Part shown: piece after piece, positions 20,191 through 29,563 of the stretch
Numbering within the stretch: position 1 is the first letter of the stretch
How the letters are laid out: each line of letters begins with the position of its first letter
Assembly (NCBI GenBank): GCA_963775425.1
Contig: CAVZJB010000013.1
Location: 96,001 to 160,000, forward strand
Direction: 5' to 3'
Origin: an uncultured delta proteobacterium
GTDB taxonomy: Bacteria; Myxococcota; UBA727; VGSZ01
DNA: 64,000 nucleotides
Position numbers and translations under genes: made by a program
Notes under the pieces: generated by a model
The model's database searches: none
What the model saw: only the letters and a program-made list of their open reading frames with translations
What the model was told of the DNA's origin: nothing

Positions 20191-20753
20191 GGGCAGCTCG
20201 TGGAGGTGATGGTCACCGGGGCGGTGAGCGCCGCCGGCGCGCGGATCGCGACCCGCTCACAGATGCGGCCACGGCGGTCGATGTCGACGACACCGAAGGA
20301 AGGGCCGACGCTCTGCACGAGCACGCGCGCGCCGTACTCGGTGTTGGTGAGCGTGCCGTCGCCGCGCAGGCGGCTGTTGGGGCGGAAGACGATCTCGTCG
20401 CCGGCGGCGCCCGCCGTGTCCGAGATCGTCGCCGTGGCCGGCGAGATGTCCACGGTGCGGGTGGCGGTCCAGCCGTCGCTGTCGAGGGTGCCGCTGTTCA
20501 CGCAGTCGCTCGAGTTGTGGCGCTCGAGCGCGATGCGGTTGGGCTGGACCATCGTCACGCGATAGCAGCGCCCCTCGGTGACCGCGCGCCGCCGGCCGTC
20601 CTCGACGGCGCTGGCCACGATCGACGACGCCTCGCGCCCGCGCGACGAGCGCAGCATCGGCAGCATCGCGGGGGCCGCGAGGGCCGCGATCACGCCGATG
20701 ATGGCGATGACGACGAGCATCTCGATGAGTGAGAAACCACGATGCGGCTGCAC
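20187..20753 (-). CDS. FimU/FimT (GspH-like) minor pilin
   Basis: RG|FSLIEMLVVIAIIGVIAALAAP; GRRRAVTEG; IVFRPNS. Confidence 0.88.
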   Translation of the reverse strand: MQPHRGFSLIEMLVVIAIIGVIAALAAPAMLPMLRSSRGREASSIVASAVEDGRRRAVTEGRCYRVTMVQPNRIALERHNSSDCVNSGTLDSDGWTATRTVDISPATATISDTAGAAGDEIVFRPNSRLRGDGTLTNTEYGARVLVQSVGPSFGVVDIDRRGRICERVAIRAPAALTAPVTITSTSCP

Positions 20754-20858
20754 AGATTGTCCCCCTCACGGCGCTTGAGCTGGCGTGGAAGCTCAAGTCT
20801 CCAGAAATGCCGTTTGACCGTCAACGTTGACACCGGCGCCGAGGTGGGGGCGTCAGCG

Positions 20859-21136
20859 GTGCGCCCCGCCGCTGTGCGCCGAGGTGGACGCCTCCGCGCG
20901 ACCCATCGGGGTCCTAGAGAAGTCGCCGCGCGGCGTAGCAGAGCCGGCGCCGGGTCCCGTCGCCGGGGCGCACGAGAGCCCTGCACATCGCCACGAAGCC
21001 GCCACAGCGACACCGCTCCAAATTCCGCGTCCGGACGTCTCGGTGTCAGCGCACCGGCGACGGGCCTGGCGCGCGTGGCGGCACGCCCGCCGCTTCGTGC
21101 GCCCCGCCGCTGTGCGCCGACCCATCGGGGTCCTAG
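20859..21136. repeat. Split direct repeat between xseA and the pilin operon
   Basis: gtgcgccccgccgctgtgcgccga+cccatcggggtcctag is contiguous at 21097-21136 and interrupted by 19 bp at 20859-20917. Confidence 0.85.
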
Positions 21137-22575
21137 TCGTCGACGGTGGCGCGCACGGTCCCGCGCTCGACGCGCACCTCGAGCCTGGTGCCGGCGGGCG
21201 CGTCCACGGGATCGCGCACGACGGCGCCGTCGTCGACGCGGCGCGCGATGGCGTAGCCGCGGGCGAGCACCGTGAGCGGCGAGATGGAGTCGAGCCGCGC
21301 CACGAGCACGTCGAGCGTGCGCCCGCCCGCTGCGCGCTGCGCCTGCGCCGCGGGCAGCAGGCGCGCCGAGAGCCCGGACACGCGCGCGCGCCCCGTCGCC
21401 ATCCGGCGGGCCGGCGACGCCGCGCGCAGGCGCTCCTCGAGCCGCGTGAGGCGCGCGCGGCGCTCCGCCACCTGCCGCGACGGCGACGCCGCGCGCAGGC
21501 GCTCTTCGAGCTTCGCCACCGTCGCGCGCCGCGCCTCGCGCGAGGCGCCGACGGCGCGCTCGAGGCGGTGCGCGAGCGCGTCGGCGAGACGGCGCTCGGC
21601 GGCGACGACGTGCCGCGGGTCGGGCAGGCGGCGGCGGGCGCGCTCGAGGCGGGCGCGCGCGTCGGCGAGGGCGTGGCGCAGGGCGGCGTCGAGGCGGCGC
21701 GCGTCGGCGTCGACCTGGTGCGTGAGGACGTCGAGCCGGGGGACCGCGAGCTCGGCGGCGTTCGAGGGCGTGGCCGCGCGCAGGTCGGCCACCAGGTCGG
21801 CGATGGTGACGTCGCTCTCGTGACCGACGCCGGCGACCACCGGCGTCTGCGCGTGGGCGATGGCGCGCGCGACGGGCTCGGTGTTGAACGCCCAGAGGTC
21901 CTCGAGGGAGCCGCCGCCGCGCACGACCAGCAGCACGTCACAGCCGCCGTGCTTGTCGAGGCGGCGGATGGCGTCGGCGATGTCGGCGGCGGCGCCGTCG
22001 CCTTGCACCTTGGTGGGCCCCACCACCACGCGCAGGCGCGGCATGCGGTCGAAGAGCACCTTCAAGGCGTCGCGGATGGCGGCCCCCGTCGACGACGTTA
22101 CGATCCCTACGCTGCGCGGGAGCCGCGGCAGGGCCCGCTTGCGCTCGCGCGCGAACAAGCCCTCCGCCTCCAGCTTCTCCTTGAGCTGGCGGAACGCGAG
22201 GTCGAGCGCGCCCTCGCCGACGGGCTCCACGCGCACCACCCGCATCTGCACCTGCGCCCACTCCGTGACGCTGGGTTTGCCTACGGCGACGATCTGCATG
22301 CCGTGCCTGAGGTCGAACTTGATGCGCTTGCTGTCGTTGAAGAACACGATGCACGGCAGCTTGGCCCGCGCGTCCTTGAGGTCGAACGTGATGTGTCCGG
22401 TGTTGAGCACGCGCGCGCTCGAGATCTCGCCGACCACGCGCAGGTCGCCGCCGCGGGCGATGTGCTCGACGTTGGCCCGGGCGCGCCGGAGCACCTCGCC
22501 CGGGCGCAGCGCCCCGGCCTCCGGGGCCGCCGCGGCCTCGACGCCGGCCCGCACAGGAGGGCTCTTCGCCGTCAT
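21133..22575 (-). CDS. xseA: Exodeoxyribonuclease VII large subunit
   Basis: GHITFDLKD, VRGGGSLEDLWAFN, GVGHESDVTIADLVADLRAATPSNAAE, SPLTVLARGYAI. Confidence 0.97.
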   Translation of the reverse strand: MTAKSPPVRAGVEAAAAPEAGALRPGEVLRRARANVEHIARGGDLRVVGEISSARVLNTGHITFDLKDARAKLPCIVFFNDSKRIKFDLRHGMQIVAVGKPSVTEWAQVQMRVVRVEPVGEGALDLAFRQLKEKLEAEGLFARERKRALPRLPRSVGIVTSSTGAAIRDALKVLFDRMPRLRVVVGPTKVQGDGAAADIADAIRRLDKHGGCDVLLVVRGGGSLEDLWAFNTEPVARAIAHAQTPVVAGVGHESDVTIADLVADLRAATPSNAAELAVPRLDVLTHQVDADARRLDAALRHALADARARLERARRRLPDPRHVVAAERRLADALAHRLERAVGASREARRATVAKLEERLRAASPSRQVAERRARLTRLEERLRAASPARRMATGRARVSGLSARLLPAAQAQRAAGGRTLDVLVARLDSISPLTVLARGYAIARRVDDGAVVRDPVDAPAGTRLEVRVERGTVRATVDD

Positions 22576-22680
22576 TCGACCTCGGAGCTTCTCACGTCGA
22601 GCCGGCGCCGGCGCCAGCATTGTTCCGAAGGCGGCCCCTGCGGTACAACCGCCTGCCCCGCATCCAACGAGAGAGCGATC

Positions 22681-23808
22681 ATGACCGACAAGCCGATCCC
22701 CCCACCGCCCCCTCCCCCACCCGGCATGGCGGTCCCGCCGCCGCCGCCGCCCCCGCCCGGCATGGGTGCCGCTCCTCCGCCGCCCCCGCCGCCCCCGGGC
22801 ATGCCGCCGCCGCCGCCGATGGCCGCCGGCGTCCCCGCGCCGCCGCCGCCGCCCCCGGGCATGGCGCCGCCGCCGATGCCTGCGCCGCTGCCGCCCACGC
22901 CCGGCGTCGCCGCCGCCGCCCCCGCCGCCGCGCCCGCGGCCATCCCGATGCGCACCATCCGCAAGATGGAGGCTGTCGTCGTCGACTGCGTGCGCCGCAC
23001 CCACGACGCCACGTCCATCTACTTCTTCGTCGGCGAGACCGGCCCGTACCGCGCCGGCCAGTTCATCTCCATCGACGTGCACCAGTTCCCCGACCTCAAG
23101 CGCTGGGTCGATCACCTCGAGGCGCTCAAGGGCAAGAAGGAGCCCATCCGCTCCTACTCGATGCAGTCGGCGCCCGGTGAGAAGTGCGTCTCCATCTGCG
23201 TGAAGGCCGAGGAGTACGACGCCAAGGTCCACAAGTTCCCGCCGCTGTTGTCGCCGTTTTTGTCGTCGGGCGCGCTCAAGGGACGCGAGTGCGTCATCTC
23301 GGGCTTCACCGGCGCCTATTACATCCCCGACGACATCGAGCAGAAGACGGACCAGGTCCTGCACTTCGTCGCCGGCTCCGGCATCGTGCCCAACTACGGC
23401 ATCGTCAAGGACGAGCTGAAGAACAACAAGAACCCCAAGGTCAAGCACGTCATGATCGACGTGAACAAGACCGTGGGCGACATCATCCTGCACGATCAGC
23501 TCAAGGCGCTGGAGCGCGCGTACCCGGACCGCTTCCAGTTCATCAACCTCGTCACGCGCGAAGACCCGTCGTACCTCGGGCCCAACTACTTCAAGGGCCG
23601 CCCGACGGCGGAGATCACGCGCAAGTACGTCAACGACCCGAGCTCGGTGCGCGTCTACGCTTGCGGCGCCGCCATCACCAAGCACCAGAAGGCCGCGGCC
23701 AAGGAGAAGGGCACCGAGCCCACCCCGCGCTTCATGGAGTCCGTCGAGAAGATCCTCGAGGAGCTCGGCGTGCCGAAAGCACACTTCAAGAAAGAAGAGT
23801 TCGGCTGA
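22681..23808 (+). CDS. FNR-like FAD/NAD(P)-binding oxidoreductase with polyproline N-terminus
   Basis: YRAGQFISI, RSYSM, AGSGIVP, VYACG, KKEEFG. Confidence 0.88.
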   Translation: MTDKPIPPPPPPPPGMAVPPPPPPPPGMGAAPPPPPPPPGMPPPPPMAAGVPAPPPPPPGMAPPPMPAPLPPTPGVAAAAPAAAPAAIPMRTIRKMEAVVVDCVRRTHDATSIYFFVGETGPYRAGQFISIDVHQFPDLKRWVDHLEALKGKKEPIRSYSMQSAPGEKCVSICVKAEEYDAKVHKFPPLLSPFLSSGALKGRECVISGFTGAYYIPDDIEQKTDQVLHFVAGSGIVPNYGIVKDELKNNKNPKVKHVMIDVNKTVGDIILHDQLKALERAYPDRFQFINLVTREDPSYLGPNYFKGRPTAEITRKYVNDPSSVRVYACGAAITKHQKAAAKEKGTEPTPRFMESVEKILEELGVPKAHFKKEEFG

Positions 23809-23827
23809 CGCCGACGGGGGAGCACAC

Positions 23828-24151
23828 ATGGGATTCATGGACAAGATCAAAGGGATGTTCGGCGGCGGCGCCACGGGCAAGTTCGTCGACAAGCTCGTGG
23901 CCGCGGCCGAGGACGAGATCGTCAAGCGCGTGATCGCCGAGGTGAAGTCGAAGGCGGAGGGCGAGGCCAAGGGCAAGATCAAGGAGATCGCCCTTCAGGT
24001 CATGCGCCCCAAGCTGCACGAGATCACGTCGCAGGATCCCACGGGGCTCGCCACCCGCATGGGCGACCAGATCCTCGAGAAGGCGGCCGAGAAGGTCGTC
24101 GACAAGGTCTGGGACAAGGTGAAGGACCAGATCGTCCAGCGGGCCGCGTAG
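23828..24151 (+). CDS. Hypothetical helical protein
   Basis: MGFMDKIKGMFGG start, GGAG RBS, strong codon bias. Confidence 0.8.
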   Translation: MGFMDKIKGMFGGGATGKFVDKLVAAAEDEIVKRVIAEVKSKAEGEAKGKIKEIALQVMRPKLHEITSQDPTGLATRMGDQILEKAAEKVVDKVWDKVKDQIVQRAA

Positions 24152-24166
24152 ACGGGCAAACCCCGG

Positions 24167-24766
24167 CTACTGGAACGTCATCGGGCCGCGGCCGCCGAAC
24201 GTGTATGACGCACGCCAGGCGGCCGCTCCCGCATCCGCGATGAGCGTCTCGAAGCGCGCCGGCTCCATCTCCTCGAGGAAGAAGCCGGGGCCGAGCTGCT
24301 CGAGCTCGAGGCGCGTCACCCGGCGCGGCCCGCCCCAGTCAGGCTCGTCGTCGGAGAAGCACAAGATGTGGAGCACGCCGCCCGCGGGCATGACCTCGGC
24401 GAGGCTCTTCAGGTAGTGCGCGCGACCCTCGTCGGTGAGCGTGTGGAACAAGCCGCAGTCGAGCACGGTGTCGAACGTGTTGTTCAAGCGCGCGAGGTCG
24501 AGCGCGTCGGCCACGAGGAAGCGCGGCGCGCGCACGGCGCCGCGGGCCTTCTCGCGCGCGAGCTCGATGGCGCGCTCGACGCCGTCGATCGCGAGCACGT
24601 TGAAGCCGCGGTGCGCGAGGAAGAGGGCGTTGTCGCCGGTGCCGCAGGCGACGTCGAGGATGTGGCCGTGGAACGCGTCGCAGTCGGCGAGCGCGACGAC
24701 GACCGACTGGGGGCGCCCGATCTCCCAAGGCGGTGTCCCCAGGTAGAGGTCGTCGAGCGCGCCCAT
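24167..24766 (-). CDS. Class I SAM-dependent methyltransferase
   Basis: PPWEIGRPQ, ILDVACGTG, FDTVLDCGLFH. Confidence 0.92.
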   Translation of the reverse strand: MGALDDLYLGTPPWEIGRPQSVVVALADCDAFHGHILDVACGTGDNALFLAHRGFNVLAIDGVERAIELAREKARGAVRAPRFLVADALDLARLNNTFDTVLDCGLFHTLTDEGRAHYLKSLAEVMPAGGVLHILCFSDDEPDWGGPRRVTRLELEQLGPGFFLEEMEPARFETLIADAGAAAWRASYTFGGRGPMTFQ

Positions 24767-24773
24767 GCTCAGG

Positions 24774-25298
24774 TCATAGCGACGACGCGGAGAGCAGGAA
24801 GAAGTGCGTGCGATGCCAGAGCGAAAGCGCGCCCTCCACGGCGGCGGCGACGGCGTCGGCCGCGAGGTCTTCGAAGCGGACGTGCAGGCCTTCGCCGTCG
24901 ACGGTGACGCGGGCCGCCATGGGCGCCAGCGCCTTCAGCTCGGGCACGGCGGCCACGAGCAGCGCGGGATCGTCGGCGTGGATGACGAAGGCGGCGTCGA
25001 CGACGTCATCTTCGACCTTGACCTCCGAGAGCGCCTCCACGGCGCCGCGCACGCCGCGCTGCGGCGTGATCCGGATGCGGGGCAGGCCCCCGCCCTCGGC
25101 GTGCTCCCCCGGCAGCGGCGCGCGCAGCTCGAGCGCGGCGAGGCCGGAGGTCCCGGGGGTCCACGTGAGCCGTGCGTGCCACTCCTCGGCGAAGTCGAGG
25201 GCGACCTGCAGCGCGAACGCGGACGGATCGGGGGCCCCCTCGATGCGCACGAAGGGGACCGCCGCCACCAACGAAGTCACGTCGAGCCTCGCCGCCAT
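24774..25298 (-). CDS. Hypothetical protein
   Basis: Coding-like ORF; EVKVEDDVVDAAFVIHADD motif. Confidence 0.65.
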   Translation of the reverse strand: MAARLDVTSLVAAVPFVRIEGAPDPSAFALQVALDFAEEWHARLTWTPGTSGLAALELRAPLPGEHAEGGGLPRIRITPQRGVRGAVEALSEVKVEDDVVDAAFVIHADDPALLVAAVPELKALAPMAARVTVDGEGLHVRFEDLAADAVAAAVEGALSLWHRTHFFLLSASSL

Positions 25299-25392
25299 GG
25301 CCTTGCAGGCTACGCCAGACACGACACCGGCACACAGCGCGCGCGCCGCCAGAGGGCTGTTGAATTTGCGACGGGGCGCCGATAAGGCAGCG

Positions 25393-25479
25393 CTGCTGCT
25401 GCGCAATCGCAACGCCCGAACTCCGCCAGGCCCGGAAGGGAGCAACGGTAGGGTCCCCTGCGATGTGCGCAGCGGCCTT
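25393..25479 (+). ncRNA. ffs: Signal recognition particle RNA (small bacterial SRP, 4.5S)
   Basis: Domain IV motif CCGCCAGGCCCGGAAGGGAGCAACGG; closing stems gctgctgcgca/tgcgcagcggc and atcgca/tgcgat; T-run after. Confidence 0.93.
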
Positions 25480-25551
25480 TTCACGCGCGGCCGTTCTCTC
25501 CGGCCGCCTGACGCCGCGGCCGCCGGGCCGCAGACACCGCGAGGTCCCTGG

Positions 25552-26160
25552 ATGCGCGCTTACGGTCCTGCTGTCGTCGTCACTCTGGCTCTGGCCGGCT
25601 GCCCGGCGGCGCAGAAGTTGCCCGACAAGGTGCCGACGGCGCCGGTGCTGCCCGTGCTCGCGGGGACGTACGCCGAGGAGTCCTGCCGGAAGATCACGAA
25701 CGCCGACGGCACCGACAGCTTCGTGAAGCAGTCGTGGATCATCACGCCGTCGACGTGGTCGCGCGACGTCGTCGTCTACGGCGACGATCAGTGCACCACC
25801 AAGCAGGCCACCATCCACGCCGACGGCCCCTACAACGTCACCGGGCCGTCCAAGTCCGTCCCGGGAGCGTTCGATGTGGACCGCGCGTTCTCGCACCGCG
25901 TGGTCACGGCGCACGTCGACGGCTACATCGCGGTGCTCCAGTCCTACGGCTGCGGCAAGGCGCCGTACGCCGTCAACGAGCCGCAGGACGTGCTCGCGGG
26001 CGGCTGCAAGGACCTCGGGCTCATGCCGTGCGACAAGGAGCACGACATCGTCAAGCTCGACAAGGACACCATCGCCTTCGGCAAGCGCCCCGCCGACAAC
26101 GACATCTGCACGCCGGACAAGCGGCCCACCGAGCTCGAGACCCCGCTCAAGAAACAGTAG
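25552..26160 (+). CDS. Lipoprotein with APCDD1-like domain
   Basis: LAGC lipobox; GTYAEESC, YGDDQCT, GPYNVTGPSKSVPGAFDVD, QDVLAGGC..LG, FGKRPAD...PDKRPT match the recalled APCDD1 repeat pattern. Confidence 0.75.
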   Translation: MRAYGPAVVVTLALAGCPAAQKLPDKVPTAPVLPVLAGTYAEESCRKITNADGTDSFVKQSWIITPSTWSRDVVVYGDDQCTTKQATIHADGPYNVTGPSKSVPGAFDVDRAFSHRVVTAHVDGYIAVLQSYGCGKAPYAVNEPQDVLAGGCKDLGLMPCDKEHDIVKLDKDTIAFGKRPADNDICTPDKRPTELETPLKKQ

Positions 26161-26203
26161 GGCTCGCCCCCGCCGCCGCCGCGGCCGGAAGTAGAGTCGG
26201 CGC

Positions 26204-27403
26204 GTGGCCCCGCTCGCCCTCGTCCTCACGCTTGCGTGCGCGCATCCGGTGGCGCCGCCGACGTCGTGGACGGCGCTGCAACAGGACCTGCCGAAGGACA
26301 AGGGCAAGCGCGCCCGCGTGCTCTTTCGCTTCGTGCGGGACGACAGCAGCGCCCTCGACGATCGGCTGCGCGCGGCGCGCGCGTTATTCGGGTCGCTCGC
26401 CCCCACCGACCCCAAGCGCGTCGACGCCGCCGTCGCCGAGGCGGAGCTGTTCGCCGTCGCCGGCAAGCGCGGCCAGCGGCGCGGCGCGCTGCTGCGCGCG
26501 CGGGCGGACGCGCGCCGGCTGCACCAGGACGGAAAGGCCGCGCAGCTCGAGCGCGCCCTCGACGGCGACGTGGCCCTGAGGAAGCTCGAGCGCTTCCTCG
26601 ATCACCGCCGGGGCGCCGGCGCCGAGCCGGCGTCGGTGAAGAGCGCCGCCGACGCCGTGGACGACGCGCTGCCCTCTTGGCTCGCGCTCGGCGACGAGCG
26701 CGCCCACGGCGCCGCCCGCATCGCGCTCGCGCGGCGGCAAGCGCTCACCGACGCCGACGCCGCCGCGCGCGCCCTCGGCGACGCCGTCGACGCGCTCGGC
26801 ACCGGCCGCGACGCCGCCGCCGTGCGCGCCGACGGCTGGCGCGCCATGGCGCGGCTCGCCGAGGACGCCGGCCGCCTCGAGGACGCCGCCGCCGCCGCGC
26901 TCGCGGCCGACCGCGCCGACGCCGTGAACCCGAGGGTCGCCGCGGCGCCGGTGACGGCGCCGGAGGGCGGCGCGGCGGCGCCGCGCTACACGCGCAGCCG
27001 CGACACGGCCGCGTTGTGCGGCCGCCTGCGCGACAAGGGCGTGAGCTGCGCGAAGGTGGAGATGAAGCGCTGGGGCGCGCGCACGTTCTACGACTTCAGC
27101 CGTGAGCGCAGCGGCGGCTTCAACCGCGGCCGCGCCGACGACGTGCTCCACGAGTACGAGTCGCTGTTGCAGGGCTGCCTGCAGCAAGGCGCGCGCAAGA
27201 ACCTCACCACCAACACGCACGTCGAGCTCGAGTGGGGCGTGGGCAACGACGGCCACGTGCTGCAGCGCTTCGACCTGCGCCCCATGCGCCTGCGCGGCTC
27301 CCTCGTCGAGAGCTGCCTCACGGGCGCCTTCGCCGCGTTTCGCTATCCGCGCTACCGTGGCGAGATGCAGCACGTGCGCCTGAGCTACGACGTCGGCGAG
27401 TGA
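26204..27403 (+). CDS. Lipoprotein with helical repeats and AgmX/PglI-like (TonB-C-like) C-terminal domain
   Basis: LTLAC lipobox; LQGCL...VELEWGVGNDGHV...VESCL....FRYP. Confidence 0.7.
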   Translation: MAPLALVLTLACAHPVAPPTSWTALQQDLPKDKGKRARVLFRFVRDDSSALDDRLRAARALFGSLAPTDPKRVDAAVAEAELFAVAGKRGQRRGALLRARADARRLHQDGKAAQLERALDGDVALRKLERFLDHRRGAGAEPASVKSAADAVDDALPSWLALGDERAHGAARIALARRQALTDADAAARALGDAVDALGTGRDAAAVRADGWRAMARLAEDAGRLEDAAAAALAADRADAVNPRVAAAPVTAPEGGAAAPRYTRSRDTAALCGRLRDKGVSCAKVEMKRWGARTFYDFSRERSGGFNRGRADDVLHEYESLLQGCLQQGARKNLTTNTHVELEWGVGNDGHVLQRFDLRPMRLRGSLVESCLTGAFAAFRYPRYRGEMQHVRLSYDVGE

Positions 27404-27458
27404 CGACGACGCAGGGGCGGAGACTGAAGGTGGCGGCGGCCCGTGCTAGCGTCGCGCC

Positions 27459-28568
27459 GTGCGCTGGGGATCCCTGCTTCTGCTGCCGCTGTGTGCGTGC
27501 GTGCTCACCTGTGCGTCGCCGCCGCCGCCGCGGCCTCCCCCGCACAAGCCCGCGCCCAAAAAGCCCGAGCCGCCGCCGCCGCCGCCGCGGCCCGAGACGC
27601 CCGTCACCTGGGACGACGTGCCCGACTACTACGGGAGCAAGTGCCCGGGGCCCTTCTTCGAGCTGAAGGAGCCGAAGACCGTCGAGGTCGGCAAGCGCAC
27701 CTTCACCATCCTCGGCAGCACATTGAGGCTCGAGGGTGGGCCGTGGAAGGGCCCGCTCAAGATCGGCGTGCTCGGCGCGGTGAAGGACCCCGACTACGAC
27801 ACGCGCGTGAACATCAAGAAGGCCATGCGCATGTTCAAGCGCTACGGCGTGCAGTTCGTCGTCGTGAACGGCGACCTCGTCGGCGACGAGGCCGGCGACC
27901 TCGCCAAGGTGGTCAGGATGCTCGGCGAGGAGATCCCGCTGCCCATCTTCGCGCACTCCGGGAACTACGAGTGGACCACCGCCTTCACCGAGACCCTCGC
28001 CGAAGAGGCCAAGACCCACCCGCAACTGTTCAACATGAACATCCTGCGCCACGTCGACTTCGGCGGCGTGCACCTCTTCTCGCTGCCCGGTTGGTCCAAC
28101 CGCCAGTTCGTGAAGGCGGCCGCCTGCTACTACGGCACCAAGGACGTCGACGCGCTCGAGGAGCAGATCCGTCCGATCGCCGAGCGCGGCGACGTCGTCA
28201 TCATCACCGCGCACGGGCCGCCGCGCGGGCGCGGCCGGCAGTCCATCGACTTCGCCTTCGACGCCGGCAACGTCGGCGACGAGGACCTCCAGCGCCTCAT
28301 CAAGGACGTCCCCGTCCACTTCGGCCTCTTCTCCCACATCCTCGAGGCCGGCGGCCGCGCCACCAGCGACGTGGTCCGCCAGCCCCCCATCCGGATGCCC
28401 ATGCGGCGGCCGCAGCGCTCGCTCTACCTGAACGCCGGCTCCGCCTCGTCCTTCTCCTGGCGCATGCTCAACCGGAGGACCTCGCGGGGCATGGCCGCCA
28501 TCTTCGTCCTCGACGACATCAAGCACGGCGGGCGCGCCCGGGTGACCTTCCTGAAGCTGCGCCGGTGA
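27459..28568 (+). CDS. Exported metallophosphoesterase-fold protein (degenerate motifs)
   Basis: NGDL, GNYE, AHGPP and SHILE motifs; first DxH motif replaced. Confidence 0.75.
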   Translation: MRWGSLLLLPLCACVLTCASPPPPRPPPHKPAPKKPEPPPPPPRPETPVTWDDVPDYYGSKCPGPFFELKEPKTVEVGKRTFTILGSTLRLEGGPWKGPLKIGVLGAVKDPDYDTRVNIKKAMRMFKRYGVQFVVVNGDLVGDEAGDLAKVVRMLGEEIPLPIFAHSGNYEWTTAFTETLAEEAKTHPQLFNMNILRHVDFGGVHLFSLPGWSNRQFVKAAACYYGTKDVDALEEQIRPIAERGDVVIITAHGPPRGRGRQSIDFAFDAGNVGDEDLQRLIKDVPVHFGLFSHILEAGGRATSDVVRQPPIRMPMRRPQRSLYLNAGSASSFSWRMLNRRTSRGMAAIFVLDDIKHGGRARVTFLKLRR

Positions 28569-28643
28569 CGCCGTGCCTCGTGCGGGCCGTCGTGATCCGG
28601 CCGAGCATGAAAGCCGCGCCCCCGCCCGTTATGCTGCCGCTCG

Positions 28644-29486
28644 ATGCCCTCCCGCCGAACCGTCCTGGCCGGGCTCGCCGGCTCCCTCGTCGCCGCCCGC
28701 GCCGCGCGCGCCCAGGATCGGGAGCGGCAGACGTGGGGCTTCGACCTCGACGAGGTGGAGCTCTTCGTCAAGGACCTGGACCCGGCCCACGAGGGGCTGC
28801 GCATCGGGCAACTCTCGGACATCCACATCGGCGCCAACACCCCCGACGGCCGCGTCATCGCCGCCGTAGACGCGTTGAACGCGGCCAAGCCGGACCTCGT
28901 CGTCCTCACCGGCGACTACGTCACGCACAAGGGCGACCCGCTCGAGAAGGTCCCGGAGCTGCTGCACCGGCTCGAGGGTGACGTCGTCGCCGTGCTCGGC
29001 AACCACGACCACTGGACCGACGCCAAGACCATCAAGCGCGACCTCGAGCGCTGCGGCTTCTGCGTCCTGCAGAACGAAAACACCTCGCTGCGCGTGCGCG
29101 GCCGTCCGTTCCAGGTGCTCGGCGTCGACGACGCCGTCACCGGCCACGACGACGTCACCGCCACGTGGAAGGGCAGCGCCGCGGGCTCGCGCCTGGTGCT
29201 CGCGCACGCGCCGCCCACCGTCGACAAGCTGCCGCGCGAAGCCGGCGTCGCCTGCCTGTCGGGCCACACCCACGGCGGGCAGATCTGGCTCGGCCCCGTC
29301 ACCGCGGGCCTCTTCGCCCGCGTCGGCCAGCCCTACGTGCGCGGCCTCTACCACGTCCACGGAAACGCGCTGTACGTGAGCCGCGGCCTCGGCTTCGGCC
29401 GCGGCTCGCCGCTCATGCGCGTGGGCAGTGAGCCCGAGGTCACCGTCTTCACCCTGCGCGCCGCGGGCGTTCACCGCAGCGTCTGA
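28644..29486 (+). CDS. Tat-exported metallophosphoesterase (YkuE/YaeI-like)
   Basis: SRRTVL Tat motif; SDIH, TGDY, GNHD, GHTHGGQ, YVSRGLG. Confidence 0.92.
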   Translation: MPSRRTVLAGLAGSLVAARAARAQDRERQTWGFDLDEVELFVKDLDPAHEGLRIGQLSDIHIGANTPDGRVIAAVDALNAAKPDLVVLTGDYVTHKGDPLEKVPELLHRLEGDVVAVLGNHDHWTDAKTIKRDLERCGFCVLQNENTSLRVRGRPFQVLGVDDAVTGHDDVTATWKGSAAGSRLVLAHAPPTVDKLPREAGVACLSGHTHGGQIWLGPVTAGLFARVGQPYVRGLYHVHGNALYVSRGLGFGRGSPLMRVGSEPEVTVFTLRAAGVHRSV

Positions 29487-29563
29487 GCGCAGACGAGCCG
29501 CTCGCCCGGCCTCGATCGATCCGCGCGGAATGCGGCGCGGCGTCCGCACGCTACCATCCCGCC

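Noticed and set aside
20760-20850. c-di-GMP (GEMM) riboswitch upstream of the pilin operon
   Set aside because: Lacks the GGCAAAC/GNRA/GACGCAAAGC elements; only simple hairpins are present.
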